Shown here: positions 47,329 to 56,425 of the stretch, piece after piece
Position numbering within the stretch: the stretch's first letter is position 1
Layout of the letters: every line of letters starts with the position of its first letter
Assembly: GCA_033763835.1 (NCBI GenBank)
Contig: JANRJS010000022.1
Span: 37,108 to 101,107 of the forward strand
Length of the DNA stretch: 64,000 nucleotides
Direction of reading: 5' to 3'
From: Bryobacteraceae bacterium
GTDB lineage: Bacteria; Acidobacteriota; Terriglobia; Bryobacterales; Bryobacteraceae
Made by a program: the position numbers and the translations under genes
The notes under the pieces: generated by a model
What the model saw: the letters and a program-made list of their open reading frames with translations, nothing else
Databases searched by the model: none
What the model was told of the DNA's origin: nothing

Positions 47329-50300
47329 ATGCGGTTCACCTTTTGTTTGTTGTTGGCCCTGGCGCCTTACGCCCACGCGCAGCGCATTGCGAGCGAGATT
47401 ACGGGCACGGTCACCGACTCGAGCGGGGCCGCCGTCGTCGGGGCGAAAATCGAAGTCGTCGAGATTGGCACGCAGCGAAAAATCGCCGCCGAGACGAACA
47501 ACGAAGGCATCTACCGGGCGCTGGGCCTCGGGGCCGGGCGGTATGAAATCACGGTTCAGGCGGCGGGTTTCCGTCCCGAGAAGCGGACGGAAATCGCGCT
47601 CGACGCGGGGCAAGTGCTGCGCGGCGATTTCCAGTTGCAAGTCGGCACCGCCGCCGAGAGTGTCACCGTGGTGGGCGACGCGAGCGCGCTGAATCTCGAG
47701 ACCAGTGAGGTATCCGCCGTCGTCGGACAGCGGGCGATCGTCGATCTGCCCCTCAACGGGCGCAACGTCTACCAACTGGCGGAGTTGCAGCCGGGCGTAA
47801 TTCGGGTGGCGGGCAGCGGCTTGCAGGAATCGGAAACCACGGACGCACGCGTCGGCGCGGGTGGATCGCGATTCCGCGATAACCAAATCCTGCTCGACGG
47901 CGTGTCGAATAACAACGACCGGCAGGGCGGGCGTACGACGATCACGCTCAACCCGGACGCGGTAGAGCAATTCCGCATTGTCACCAACAATCTGTCGGCG
48001 GAGTACGGACGGTCGAGCGGCGCGCTGATTAGCGTGATCACCCGCGGTGGCACCAACGACTTTCACGGGACGGCGTTCTGGTTCTTGCGCAACGACAATC
48101 TCGACGCTTCGAACACGTTCGAGGCGCGTGCCGGTTCGCAGCCGGAGTTCAAGCGCAACCAGTTCGGAGCGACGTTCGGCGGACCGGCGATTAAGAACCG
48201 GCTATTCTTCTTCGGCTCCTACCAGGGCTTGCGATTGCGGCAGCCGCAGCAGCGCCAAGCGACGGTGGAGACCCCCGAGTTTCGCGAATTCGTGTTCCGC
48301 ACCCGCCCGAACTCGCTGGCCGCGCGGCTGCTGCGCGACTTCCCGGCAAGGGCCAATCCAACGTTCAACATTCGCGACATCGGCAGTCCCGCTCCGGGCG
48401 TGCAGCGCGCGGGACCGAACGACGGCATCCCGGATTTGGGCGACGTTTTCATCCCCGTCCGCGGCTACACCAACGACGATCAGGTTTCGTTCCGCGCGGA
48501 CTACAACTTCAACGAAGGCCGCGACAACGTGAATTTCCGCTTCAGCCAGAACGATCAGGACCGGCAGTCGGCTTCGGGCAATAGCGTTCGGCCGTTCGAC
48601 GCCACCACGCTCGAACTCGATCAGAACATCGGCCTGAATTGGACTCGTGTTTTCGGACCCACGGTCACGAACGATTTGCGACTGGGCTACAACTTCGACC
48701 CGCAGTACACCGACGGCAACTTTCCCGATATTCCGGTGGTTTCGATGAGCACGGCGGGACGCAGTACAGCGCAGTTCGGGGCGACCGACGGAATCGTGTT
48801 CCCGCTCGACATTCGCACGCATACGTATCACCTTTTCAATTCGCTCAATTGGATCGCGGGCAAGCACACGGTGAAGTTCGGGGGCGAGTTCCGGCGGGCG
48901 GGCGAAAACGGCAACTTCCCGACATTCTTGAAGCCACAGGTGACGTTCTTCGATCTGATGGATTTCGCCGACGACGAAGTGCTGACGCTGCAAGCGCGCG
49001 TCGATCCCTCCACTGGACTGCCTACAGGCACATACCGCAACATGCGGCAAAACGAGTTCGCGTTCTTCGTTCAGGACGATTGGAAGATCACCCGGCGGCT
49101 GACGCTGAACCTGGGCGTGCGATACGACAACTTCGGTCCGCTGACGGAGAAGAACGCACTGCTTTCGACTCTGGTTTTTCAGGATCCCTCGCTCGCCAAC
49201 GCACGCATCGAGCGGCGCAATCCGCTGTATGGCCGCGACCACAACAATGTCGCGCCGCGAATCGGCTTCGCCTGGGATCCCACCGGGAACGGCAAGTGGG
49301 CGATTCGCGGCGGCGGAGGAATTTTCTACAGCCGCTTGTGGTCGAACTTCACGGGCAACACGCGATTCAATACACCGGCGTCGCTGCCTGTCACGCTGTC
49401 GGCGCTCGCGGGGCAGAATCCGTCGGCGGCCTATCGCATTCCATTCACCGGCGATCCGGCGTTCGCGCGGCCGCTTGATCCGAACGGCGGCAATACAGCC
49501 CTGCGTCCTGCACTACAGGCGGTCGATCCAACGATCCAAGCGCCGTACAACATGCAGTGGTTTTTCGGCGTGCAGCGGCGGCTTCCCGGCGATTGGGTGG
49601 TCGAAACGAACTACACCGGCACACAAGGGCGCAAGCTACTGCTGCGGAACGAAATCAACCGTTTCTCGGGCGACCGTCTGGACGGAGTCGTGAATCGCGT
49701 GAATCAGAGCTTCGGCTCGATTATTTGGGGTTCGAACGCAGTGTCGTCGAGCTACCATGCGTTTTCCGCGCAGGCGAATAAGCGATTCGCCAAGGGCTAT
49801 CTAGCGCAGGTAGCGTATACATTTTCTCGTTCGATCGACTCGGATTCCGAACCGTTCGGCGGCGGCGCGGGCGAGTTGCAAGGCACGCTGGAAACGACGA
49901 ATCTTAAGCTCGACCGCGGACTCTCCGCGTTCGACGCGGCGCAAAGGCTAGCCGCGAATTTCGTGTGGGAAATGCCGTTCCTGCGCGGACGTGGCGGTTT
50001 TGTCGAAGGCGCGTTCGGCGGCTGGCAGCTAGGCGGGATCGTATCGCTGCAATCGGGCTTTCCGTTCACCGTTGTGACGGGCGAGGATTACAACCTCGAC
50101 GGCGTGTTCACCGACCGCCCGAACGCGGCGGCTTCGATCGATCGCGTCGTCGGCACGTCGCCGAAGAACTTCTCCGATGGAACGTTCGGCGACATTTCGA
50201 CTTGGGCCAACTTGTTCCGCCCGGCGGCGGCGGGGACCGTACCGACGCTAGGGCGGAATACGTTTCGTGGGCCGGGATTCGCTTCGATCGACGCTTCGCT

Positions 50301-50523
50301 CCTAAAGGTCTTTCCCTTGCCCGGCGTAAAGCGCGAAGGGAGCGCAGTCGAGTTCCGCGCCGAGTTCTTTAATCTCGCCAATCGCGTCAATCTGCGCGCG
50401 CCGTCGAACAGCTTGGGGACATTCAACGCCACGACACAGCGCTGGTCCAACGTGAATTTCGGGCGCTCCACGCTGGCGTTCGAGGGGCGACAAATCCAGT
50501 TCGCAGTGAAAGTGCGGTTCTAG
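47329..50523 (+). CDS. TonB-dependent receptor with carboxypeptidase-regulatory-like domain
   Basis: Signal peptide, ITGTVTDSSGAAVVGAKIEVVEIGTQ...NNEGIYRALGLGAGRYEITVQAAGF, plug and barrel ending ...VKVRF. Confidence 0.9.
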   Translation: MRFTFCLLLALAPYAHAQRIASEITGTVTDSSGAAVVGAKIEVVEIGTQRKIAAETNNEGIYRALGLGAGRYEITVQAAGFRPEKRTEIALDAGQVLRGDFQLQVGTAAESVTVVGDASALNLETSEVSAVVGQRAIVDLPLNGRNVYQLAELQPGVIRVAGSGLQESETTDARVGAGGSRFRDNQILLDGVSNNNDRQGGRTTITLNPDAVEQFRIVTNNLSAEYGRSSGALISVITRGGTNDFHGTAFWFLRNDNLDASNTFEARAGSQPEFKRNQFGATFGGPAIKNRLFFFGSYQGLRLRQPQQRQATVETPEFREFVFRTRPNSLAARLLRDFPARANPTFNIRDIGSPAPGVQRAGPNDGIPDLGDVFIPVRGYTNDDQVSFRADYNFNEGRDNVNFRFSQNDQDRQSASGNSVRPFDATTLELDQNIGLNWTRVFGPTVTNDLRLGYNFDPQYTDGNFPDIPVVSMSTAGRSTAQFGATDGIVFPLDIRTHTYHLFNSLNWIAGKHTVKFGGEFRRAGENGNFPTFLKPQVTFFDLMDFADDEVLTLQARVDPSTGLPTGTYRNMRQNEFAFFVQDDWKITRRLTLNLGVRYDNFGPLTEKNALLSTLVFQDPSLANARIERRNPLYGRDHNNVAPRIGFAWDPTGNGKWAIRGGGGIFYSRLWSNFTGNTRFNTPASLPVTLSALAGQNPSAAYRIPFTGDPAFARPLDPNGGNTALRPALQAVDPTIQAPYNMQWFFGVQRRLPGDWVVETNYTGTQGRKLLLRNEINRFSGDRLDGVVNRVNQSFGSIIWGSNAVSSSYHAFSAQANKRFAKGYLAQVAYTFSRSIDSDSEPFGGGAGELQGTLETTNLKLDRGLSAFDAAQRLAANFVWEMPFLRGRGGFVEGAFGGWQLGGIVSLQSGFPFTVVTGEDYNLDGVFTDRPNAAASIDRVVGTSPKNFSDGTFGDISTWANLFRPAAAGTVPTLGRNTFRGPGFASIDASLLKVFPLPGVKREGSAVEFRAEFFNLANRVNLRAPSNSLGTFNATTQRWSNVNFGRSTLAFEGRQIQFAVKVRF

Positions 50524-51437
50524 ATCCCAAACGTCTCGCGCATGTAGGCGCGATTGATACGCGCGCCTTCGATCGGCGGGCGCATCGGCGACGAGTCGAG
50601 TTCGCAAGTCAACCAACCCGACCACTTCGACGACTCGAGATGATCGGCGAGGGCCGGAAAATCCACGCCGCCCGACGTACCAAGCGCGAAAAACACCGGC
50701 TCCGTCATCTTGTCGTTGCGTTCTATTCGAACGGCCGCTCCGCCGCGATGCCGCTCGTGCGTGTCCTTTAGATGGAACTCGACCACGCGCGACTTTAGTT
50801 CCCGCGCGAGTTTCACCGGGTCCATGCCGCCCAGCGTGATGTGACCCGTATCGAGCACGAACCACACTTGCGCGGGATTCGTGTGTTCCAGGATGTACTC
50901 CACTTCGCGGCGGCTTTCAAACTGGCTCCACATGTGCGCGTGCGGAGCGAATCTGATTCCCACATCCGCGATCCGGCGGCCGAGTTCGTTGTAGACCTTC
51001 GCCATCTCTCGCAAATCGGCGCCTGTCGAGCCCATTCGCCGGCGCGGTCCCGCGTTGCATTTGAGATGCGTGCAACCGAAAGCCTTAACGAACTTGGCGA
51101 GCCTAACGTGCTCCTCAATGATTTTTTCGTGTTTGGCCGGATCTTCGAAATGCATCTCCATCGGACCGCCATTCGAGATGGTGACGAAGTTCACGCCGAT
51201 TTCGGCGATACGCGGAGCGATTAACGAGGGATCGTTCTTTTCCCAGGCTTCTTTGAAGTAGTGGATGAAAGTCTCGACGTTGTCGAAGCCGGCGGCCTTC
51301 GCTTCGCGAAACGCGAGCCACGTGTCCTTCTCCCAACCACCCACGGTGTTGGTCGTGATGCCGAGCTTATAGCGCGAATGCCCGCTTGCCAAAGGCGCGG
51401 CGGCCAGCGCCGAGAGTAGTTCCCGGCGAGTCGTCAT
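50520..51437 (-). CDS. sugar phosphate isomerase/epimerase (xylose-isomerase-like TIM barrel), Tat/sec leader
   Basis: N-terminal TTRRELLSALAAAPLA leader and AP_endonuc_2-type pattern (..FAPHAH...VLDTGH..). Confidence 0.7.
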   Translation of the reverse strand: MTTRRELLSALAAAPLASGHSRYKLGITTNTVGGWEKDTWLAFREAKAAGFDNVETFIHYFKEAWEKNDPSLIAPRIAEIGVNFVTISNGGPMEMHFEDPAKHEKIIEEHVRLAKFVKAFGCTHLKCNAGPRRRMGSTGADLREMAKVYNELGRRIADVGIRFAPHAHMWSQFESRREVEYILEHTNPAQVWFVLDTGHITLGGMDPVKLARELKSRVVEFHLKDTHERHRGGAAVRIERNDKMTEPVFFALGTSGGVDFPALADHLESSKWSGWLTCELDSSPMRPPIEGARINRAYMRETFGI

Positions 51438-52402
51438 TTCTTAGTCTGCCCTTCGTCCACTCCCAGGCCTTGGGTTAGCCACGCCGGGTAAAAGCGGAAG
51501 ACGTTACCGGTCAGTGAGCCGATGAAAATCTCGTTCTTCGGCGTTACGTGAATCCAATGCCCGGGACTCTCGATCGAGCCCAGCACTTTGCCCGTCTCGA
51601 TGTCGATCTTCATGATGCGGCCGGACAGCGTGTCGTACGTCAGATTCTCGATGTTGTTGCGGTGCGTGACGATCCACATCTCGTCGTTCGGCAGGATGTG
51701 GATACCCTGCGTCGCACCCAGATGGTTCCACTGTTTGAGAAACTTGCCCGAGGCATCGAAACACTGGATGCGGTTATTCTCGCGGTCGCTCACCCAGACG
51801 CGTTGCTTCGAATCGAGTTGCACTTGATGAGGCAAGTTGAATTCGCCGGGACCGCTCCCCTTTTTGCCCCATTCAAGCAGATACGTCCCGTCCTTCGCGA
51901 ACTTCACCACCCGCGAATTGCCGTAACCGTCGCTGACGTAGAACGATCCGTCGGGAGCGAACGCGATATCGGTGGGCCGGTAGAAGGTGTCCTTAGTCGT
52001 GCCGTGCTGGCCGGGCTTGCCAAGCATCATAAGGAGTTCGCCCTTGCGTGTATACTTGCGCACGGTGTGATCTCCGTTATCGACCAGCCAAACGTGACCG
52101 GCGGAATCGATGCGCACGCCGTGCGGATTGGCGAACGTATCTTTGCCCCAACTTCGGGAGTAGTGGCCTTTGGAATCGAAGACGACGAGATGATCGATCC
52201 CCTTGGGCGCGCGGTGGAAGACGTAGACGTCGCCTTGCGCGTCCGTGGCGACGGCGGATACGCGTCCGAAGTTCCATCCGGCGGGCATGGTGGCCGGTTC
52301 CTCGCCATAGCGAATTTGGACACGGTACTTGAGCAGTCCGCCCTCATGCAGGTTCCACCCCGCGGGGTTGTCGGCGGCAAGCATCATCAACGCGATCAGC
52401 AT
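51434..52402 (-). CDS. NHL-repeat beta-propeller protein (amidating-lyase-like)
   Basis: From ATG 52402 (322 aa): repeated NHL-like units (HGVRIDSAGHVWLVDNGDHTVRKY; PTDIAFAPDGSFYVSDGYGNSRVVKF; PHQVQLDSKQRVWVSDRENNRIQCF). The track's upstream 560 nt are antisense to the lipoprotein gene. Confidence 0.8.
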   Translation of the reverse strand: MLIALMMLAADNPAGWNLHEGGLLKYRVQIRYGEEPATMPAGWNFGRVSAVATDAQGDVYVFHRAPKGIDHLVVFDSKGHYSRSWGKDTFANPHGVRIDSAGHVWLVDNGDHTVRKYTRKGELLMMLGKPGQHGTTKDTFYRPTDIAFAPDGSFYVSDGYGNSRVVKFAKDGTYLLEWGKKGSGPGEFNLPHQVQLDSKQRVWVSDRENNRIQCFDASGKFLKQWNHLGATQGIHILPNDEMWIVTHRNNIENLTYDTLSGRIMKIDIETGKVLGSIESPGHWIHVTPKNEIFIGSLTGNVFRFYPAWLTQGLGVDEGQTKK

Positions 52403-52501
52403 GGCGGGATCATATATCAAGTCAATGCTCCGAAAGTGTAGGGCAATGGCCCTTGGCGGCGGAACGTCCGACAGTGTAGGTTCAAAGATGGAGGAAATCC
52501 G

Positions 52502-53479
52502 ATGACGTGGAAATGGATAGGGCTGGCGGCGATGGCCGCGCTCCTCGGCGCCTGCTCGAATACGCAGCAAGCGGAGACGCAAAAGAAACTCGACGAGATG
52601 GAAAAGAAGCTCGCCGAGACCCAGAAGAAACTCGAAGACGAGAAGCAGGCGGCGGAAGCGAAGGCCGCCGAGGCGATCGAGGATGCCAAGACGTCCGCGA
52701 CGCAAACCGTCGACCGGACGAAGAAATCGGCGTCGAAGGCCATCGAGCAAACGAAGGCGGACGCAAAGAAATCCGTGGATCAGGCGCAAGCCGGAATTGA
52801 CCAGAACAAGGCCGATATCGCCCAAAACAAATCGGCCATCGACCAGAACAAATCTGCGATCGAAACGAACAAGGGCGCGATCGAAGCGAATAAGAGTGCG
52901 ATCAAGGCCGTGGACGCCAAAGCCGAGGAAGCCAAGCGCATGGCCGCTCCGGCGCCGTTCCACACCCTCGCGGCGGGCACCAATATTCGGGTTCGGACGA
53001 CCAATAAGCTGAGCACGAAGACGGCGGCCGACGGATCGACGTTCGAGGCGACGCTCGAGGAAGCGCTAGTGGATGGCGGCTACACCATCGCCGCCAAGGG
53101 CGCGACCGTCGAGGGCGTGGTGACCAGCGCCGATCCCGGCGGGCGCGTTAAGGGCACAGCTTCAATGACCGTCGCGCTCCGCAGCGTCGTCATGGAAGAC
53201 GGGCGGCGATTGCCGATCAAGACGAGCGCCTACACCGTGGAAGCGAAAGGGGGCGCGGGGAAAGACGCGGCGAAAGTCGGCGTCGCCACGGGTATTGGAG
53301 CCGCGATCGGCGCGATCGCGGGCGGTGGTAAAGGCGCGGCCATCGGCGCGGGAGCGGGCGCGGCCGGCGGTACGGGCATGGTGCTCGGCACGCGCGGCGC
53401 GGCGGCGGAGATCGGCAGCGAAACCGTGTTGACGTTCCGGCTCACGCAAGACGCGAAGGTTCAGGAGCTGAAGCGCTAG
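52502..53479 (+). CDS. lipoprotein with coiled-coil heptad repeats and C-terminal Gly-zipper segment
   Basis: Lipobox LLGAC|S after the signal peptide, K/E/A-rich helical region, five NK(S/A/G)AI heptads, C-terminal GIGAAIGAIAGGGKGAAIGAGAGAAGG. Confidence 0.75.
   Translation: MTWKWIGLAAMAALLGACSNTQQAETQKKLDEMEKKLAETQKKLEDEKQAAEAKAAEAIEDAKTSATQTVDRTKKSASKAIEQTKADAKKSVDQAQAGIDQNKADIAQNKSAIDQNKSAIETNKGAIEANKSAIKAVDAKAEEAKRMAAPAPFHTLAAGTNIRVRTTNKLSTKTAADGSTFEATLEEALVDGGYTIAAKGATVEGVVTSADPGGRVKGTASMTVALRSVVMEDGRRLPIKTSAYTVEAKGGAGKDAAKVGVATGIGAAIGAIAGGGKGAAIGAGAGAAGGTGMVLGTRGAAAEIGSETVLTFRLTQDAKVQELKR
52796..52900 (+). repeat. five in-frame 21-nt tandem repeats encoding I(D/A/E)(Q/T/A)NK(A/S/G)(D/A) heptads
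   Basis: Read directly: attgaccagaacaaggccgat / atcgcccaaaacaaatcggcc / atcgaccagaacaaatctgcg / atcgaaacgaacaagggcgcg / atcgaagcgaataagagtgcg. Confidence 0.85.
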
Positions 53480-54396
53480 AGCATTTCCCGGTAGGTATCG
53501 ACGATCCTCTTCAAGTCGTCGATATCCGCCGGTCGCATCGGCGCTAGCGGCGGACGCACCGCGTTTCCGCACAGCCCGAGCATTCGCATCATCTCTTTCA
53601 TCACCGTCACTTCGTAACCCTTCATCCGCTCGCGGAGCGCATAGAGCGGATGCACGTACTTGTCCATCAGGACGTCAAGCTTTGCGAAGTCGCGGGCTAT
53701 GCCCGCTTCGGCTAGCGCCAACGAGACTTTCGGAGCGACATTCGAAATCGACGAAGTGTAAGCCTGCACGCCGCAGGCGAAGTAGGTGGAAACGCAATCG
53801 TCGCCCAAGCCGCCGACCCACGCTAAGCGGTCGCCGACCTTGTTCATGATGCGGCGGTACGTGCGTCCATTGCCCTGCCCGTCTTTCCAAATCTGGAGCG
53901 TCGGCACCAAGTCCGCAAGTCTTGCTACTTGATCCGGCGTGAAGACGGCCCAGTCGCGCGAGTAGATCGCCAGGGGTAATCCGCTCGCTTGGCCGATCGC
54001 CTGGTAGTAGGCGAACAGCCCGGCTTCGGGCGCGTGCGTGTACGTCGGCGGCATCACCAGCAGCGCATCGGCCCCGGCTTTCTCCATCCGCGCGGCCATT
54101 TCCGAAGCGATCGCCGAAGAGTAGCCAACGCCCGCGACCACCGGCATCCGGCCCTTCACGATCTTCACCGAGCGCTCGACTATAGCGACGGCTTCGTCGG
54201 TCGAAAGCGAATAGATCTCGCCCGTTCCGCCGGTGACGACGATGGCGCAAAACGGAAAGCCCATCATCATTTCGACAACGCCTTCGAGCGATTCGAAATC
54301 GACGGACAGATCGTCTTTGAATGGAGTAACGGGGAATCCGAAGACGCCCTTGAGTTTGGATTTCAGGTCTACCATCGCGGGAGTACTCTCTTCCAA
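53476..54396 (-). CDS. kdgD: 5-dehydro-4-deoxyglucarate dehydratase (DapA family)
   Basis: DapA-fold protein with the KdgD-like N-terminus (LKGVFGFPVTPF...GGTGEIYSLS). Sits directly downstream of a glucarate dehydratase homolog. The start may be 54375. Confidence 0.7.
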   Translation of the reverse strand: MEESTPAMVDLKSKLKGVFGFPVTPFKDDLSVDFESLEGVVEMMMGFPFCAIVVTGGTGEIYSLSTDEAVAIVERSVKIVKGRMPVVAGVGYSSAIASEMAARMEKAGADALLVMPPTYTHAPEAGLFAYYQAIGQASGLPLAIYSRDWAVFTPDQVARLADLVPTLQIWKDGQGNGRTYRRIMNKVGDRLAWVGGLGDDCVSTYFACGVQAYTSSISNVAPKVSLALAEAGIARDFAKLDVLMDKYVHPLYALRERMKGYEVTVMKEMMRMLGLCGNAVRPPLAPMRPADIDDLKRIVDTYREML

Positions 54397-55673
54397 TTGG
54401 GATCGACGCGCGCGCGCATTTCGGCTTCGTCGTCGCGCTTGCGGTACGGCAGTTTTTCGTAACGTTCGCGTAGGCGAGCCAGTTGATCGTAGTCGAGTTC
54501 GACGCCCAAGCCGGGTTTGTCGGTGACTTCAACCGCGCCTTCATGGAACGGGATGCGGCCCCCCGCTACAACCTCGTCGCGAGCGGTCTGCCAGGGATAG
54601 TGCGTGTCGCAGGCGTGCGTCATCCCGGGCGCGGCGGCGGCGGCGTGCGCCATCGCCATCAGGCTGACGCCCAGGTGATTGTTCGAGTGCATCGACAATC
54701 CCTGCCCCAGCGTCTCGCACAGATGCGACAGGCGCTGCTGCGCGCGAATGCCGCCCCAATAATGCGGATCGGACAACACCACCTGCACGGCGTCTTTTTG
54801 CTTCGCCTCGACTACATGATCGAAGCACGTCACCGAAACATTACTGGCAAAATCCGTTTCGATGCCCTTGGCGCGTAACCGGCGGCGTACTTCCGCCATA
54901 CCGTCGAGCCCTTCGCACGGGTCTTCGAGATAGCCGCCGTTCGCCAGTTCGTCCTTCAACGCCTCGCCGACTTTCACGGAAGTCTCGACGCTCCAGGCGC
55001 AGTTGGGATCGATGCGGAGCGGGACATTCGGGCCGAACTCCTCCCGCAAAGCCTGGATCGTAGCGATCTCTAACTCGGGATCGAGCACTCCGCCCTTGAG
55101 CTTGATCTCCTCGAACCCGTAAAGCTCGCACATGCGCTTGGCTTGCGCGACAATCTGGGCGGGCGACATGCCCTCGCCGTATTCGTCCTCGCGCTCGTCT
55201 TCGCCCAGCCCGCCGCCGCCCGCGTGCTTATAAAAAAGGTACGCGGAGAACTTGACCTTACGCCGAGCGCGGCCGCCCACCAGATCGCACACCGGTCGCC
55301 CGAGCGTCTTGCCGATCAGGTCAAGACAAGCGACTTCGATCGCGGCGAAACTGCGCGTGTTCTGATCGAGCGGATTTTCGCCGGGGACATGCCAAGTCTG
55401 CGTTCGCGCGGCATCGGTCACTTGATTGGCGGTCAGATCCATCCAAAGGCCAGTCAGGTGGAACGGGTCCATGCCCTCGACGCGCGGGCGCAGAGCTTCT
55501 AGCGCCGCGAGCGGCTTATCGCCGCCATAGGTTTCCGAGATGCCGGTAAACCCGTCGGTGGACTTCAGTTGAACGATGGTGCGGAGTGCGTACGGAGCGT
55601 GAAGACCGTAGGAACTGCGAAGTGGACCGTCTGCGATCGCGATCGGATCGAGACGCATCTCGGCGATGCGCAT
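54369..55673 (-). CDS. gudD: glucarate dehydratase (enolase superfamily)
   Basis: 434 aa. N-terminal pattern ...GLHAPYALRTIVQLKSTDGFTGISETYGG parallels E. coli GudD (GAHAPFFTRNIVI...GHTGVGEIPGG). MR/MLE-type barrel. Confidence 0.75.
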   Translation of the reverse strand: MRIAEMRLDPIAIADGPLRSSYGLHAPYALRTIVQLKSTDGFTGISETYGGDKPLAALEALRPRVEGMDPFHLTGLWMDLTANQVTDAARTQTWHVPGENPLDQNTRSFAAIEVACLDLIGKTLGRPVCDLVGGRARRKVKFSAYLFYKHAGGGGLGEDEREDEYGEGMSPAQIVAQAKRMCELYGFEEIKLKGGVLDPELEIATIQALREEFGPNVPLRIDPNCAWSVETSVKVGEALKDELANGGYLEDPCEGLDGMAEVRRRLRAKGIETDFASNVSVTCFDHVVEAKQKDAVQVVLSDPHYWGGIRAQQRLSHLCETLGQGLSMHSNNHLGVSLMAMAHAAAAAPGMTHACDTHYPWQTARDEVVAGGRIPFHEGAVEVTDKPGLGVELDYDQLARLRERYEKLPYRKRDDEAEMRARVDPNWKRVLPRW

Positions 55674-55694
55674 GAGGGACAGACTATCGCAAAT

Positions 55695-55826
55695 CTACTT
55701 CCGCGCGCCGCGTTGCGGGCTCTTAACCCGGCTCTGGCGGAGCTTGTGCTTCTTGCGCTTGGGCTTCGAGATGATGAACGTGCCGGAGCCGATGTATTCG
55801 GCTTTGTAGAGTTTTTCGTCGGACAT
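55695..55826 (-). CDS. possible small basic protein (43 aa), below the ORF-track length cut-off
   Basis: ATG...TAG ORF MSDEKLYKAEYIGSGTFIISKPKRKKHKLRQSRVKSPQRGARK with strong third-position GC bias. No SD sequence and no family recognised. Confidence 0.3.
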   Translation of the reverse strand: MSDEKLYKAEYIGSGTFIISKPKRKKHKLRQSRVKSPQRGARK

Positions 55827-55849
55827 GAGTTTTTAGGATAGCAGGCGCT

Positions 55850-56113
55850 AGCGGCGAAAGAGGCTTCGATGGTTTGTCGTTCTCCCTTGCCTAAGAATGC
55901 CAGTCCGTGTAGTTGGGCGAACTGGGATGTCGTCGTCATCCAAGCGGGAGGCCGCTCAACCCACTTCCGAACTTCCACTGGAGCCGACGGGTGCCCAAGC
56001 TCCTCAAGGACGGCGGGTGCGCACCAGATTGTCCCGAACAAGGTGGACAAGACTTCGATGCAGCCCACTCGAACCAAGTAATTGATCGGCGAAGTATCGC
56101 AAACGACAATCAC
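55850..56113 (-). pseudogene. truncated DUF3368 (PIN-like) toxin gene
   Basis: First ~88 aa match the DUF3368 pattern (MIVVCDTSPINYL...L..LFG.I..P.AV..EL...W...PPW......LG.GE...I). Similarity then stops, and the ORF runs on by chance across the small ORF and into gudD. Confidence 0.55.
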
Positions 56114-56391
56114 GCCTTTGTGAGTTCACGCGTGCCGAGTAGGAAGTCGAGGCTGGCCCGGTCCGCTTCCAAATCTTGCGCCGTATAGTCGTAAATCTTG
56201 TGAGCGCCCAAAAACTCGTCCACCTGCATCCGCGTGTCGAAACCGAGCAACCGCCGCAGCTGTTCCGCCGACAGCCGATCTTGCCGATACGCTTCGGCGG
56301 CGAGCGCTTCGAGCGCCACGCGCGAAAGATCGGTGCCCGGCGGAACGATCTTCGCCACCAGTTCCTCGGGGAGTTCGAGCGTTACGACCAT
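56110..56391 (-). CDS. UPF0175 family antitoxin-like protein
   Basis: 93 aa with ...ALEALAAEAYRQDRLSAEQLRRLLGF.TRMQVDEFL, typical of UPF0175. ATGA overlap with the DUF3368 gene. Confidence 0.7.
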   Translation of the reverse strand: MVVTLELPEELVAKIVPPGTDLSRVALEALAAEAYRQDRLSAEQLRRLLGFDTRMQVDEFLGAHKIYDYTAQDLEADRASLDFLLGTRELTKA

Positions 56392-56425
56392 ACTTCGAGT
56401 CTATCGCCGCCCGCTATCCTAAAAC

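Noticed and set aside
47306-47336. Duplicated ATGCGGTT (47309 and 47329) and a GCAACAT motif upstream of the third TonB-dependent receptor, as a regulatory repeat or alternative start
   Set aside because: The upstream ATG is in another frame that gives Arg-rich junk. A single 7-mer occurrence is within chance expectation for 64 kb.
52796-52900. The 21-nt tandem repeats as a CRISPR-like or non-coding satellite array
   Set aside because: The repeats are contiguous without spacers, in frame, and encode heptads inside a signal-peptide lipoprotein gene.
52403-52963. Upstream extension of the NHL-repeat ORF, with RL-rich repeats
   Set aside because: It is the antisense image of the lipoprotein coiled-coil/heptad region. 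The NHL protein starts with a signal-like MLIALMMLAA at 52402.
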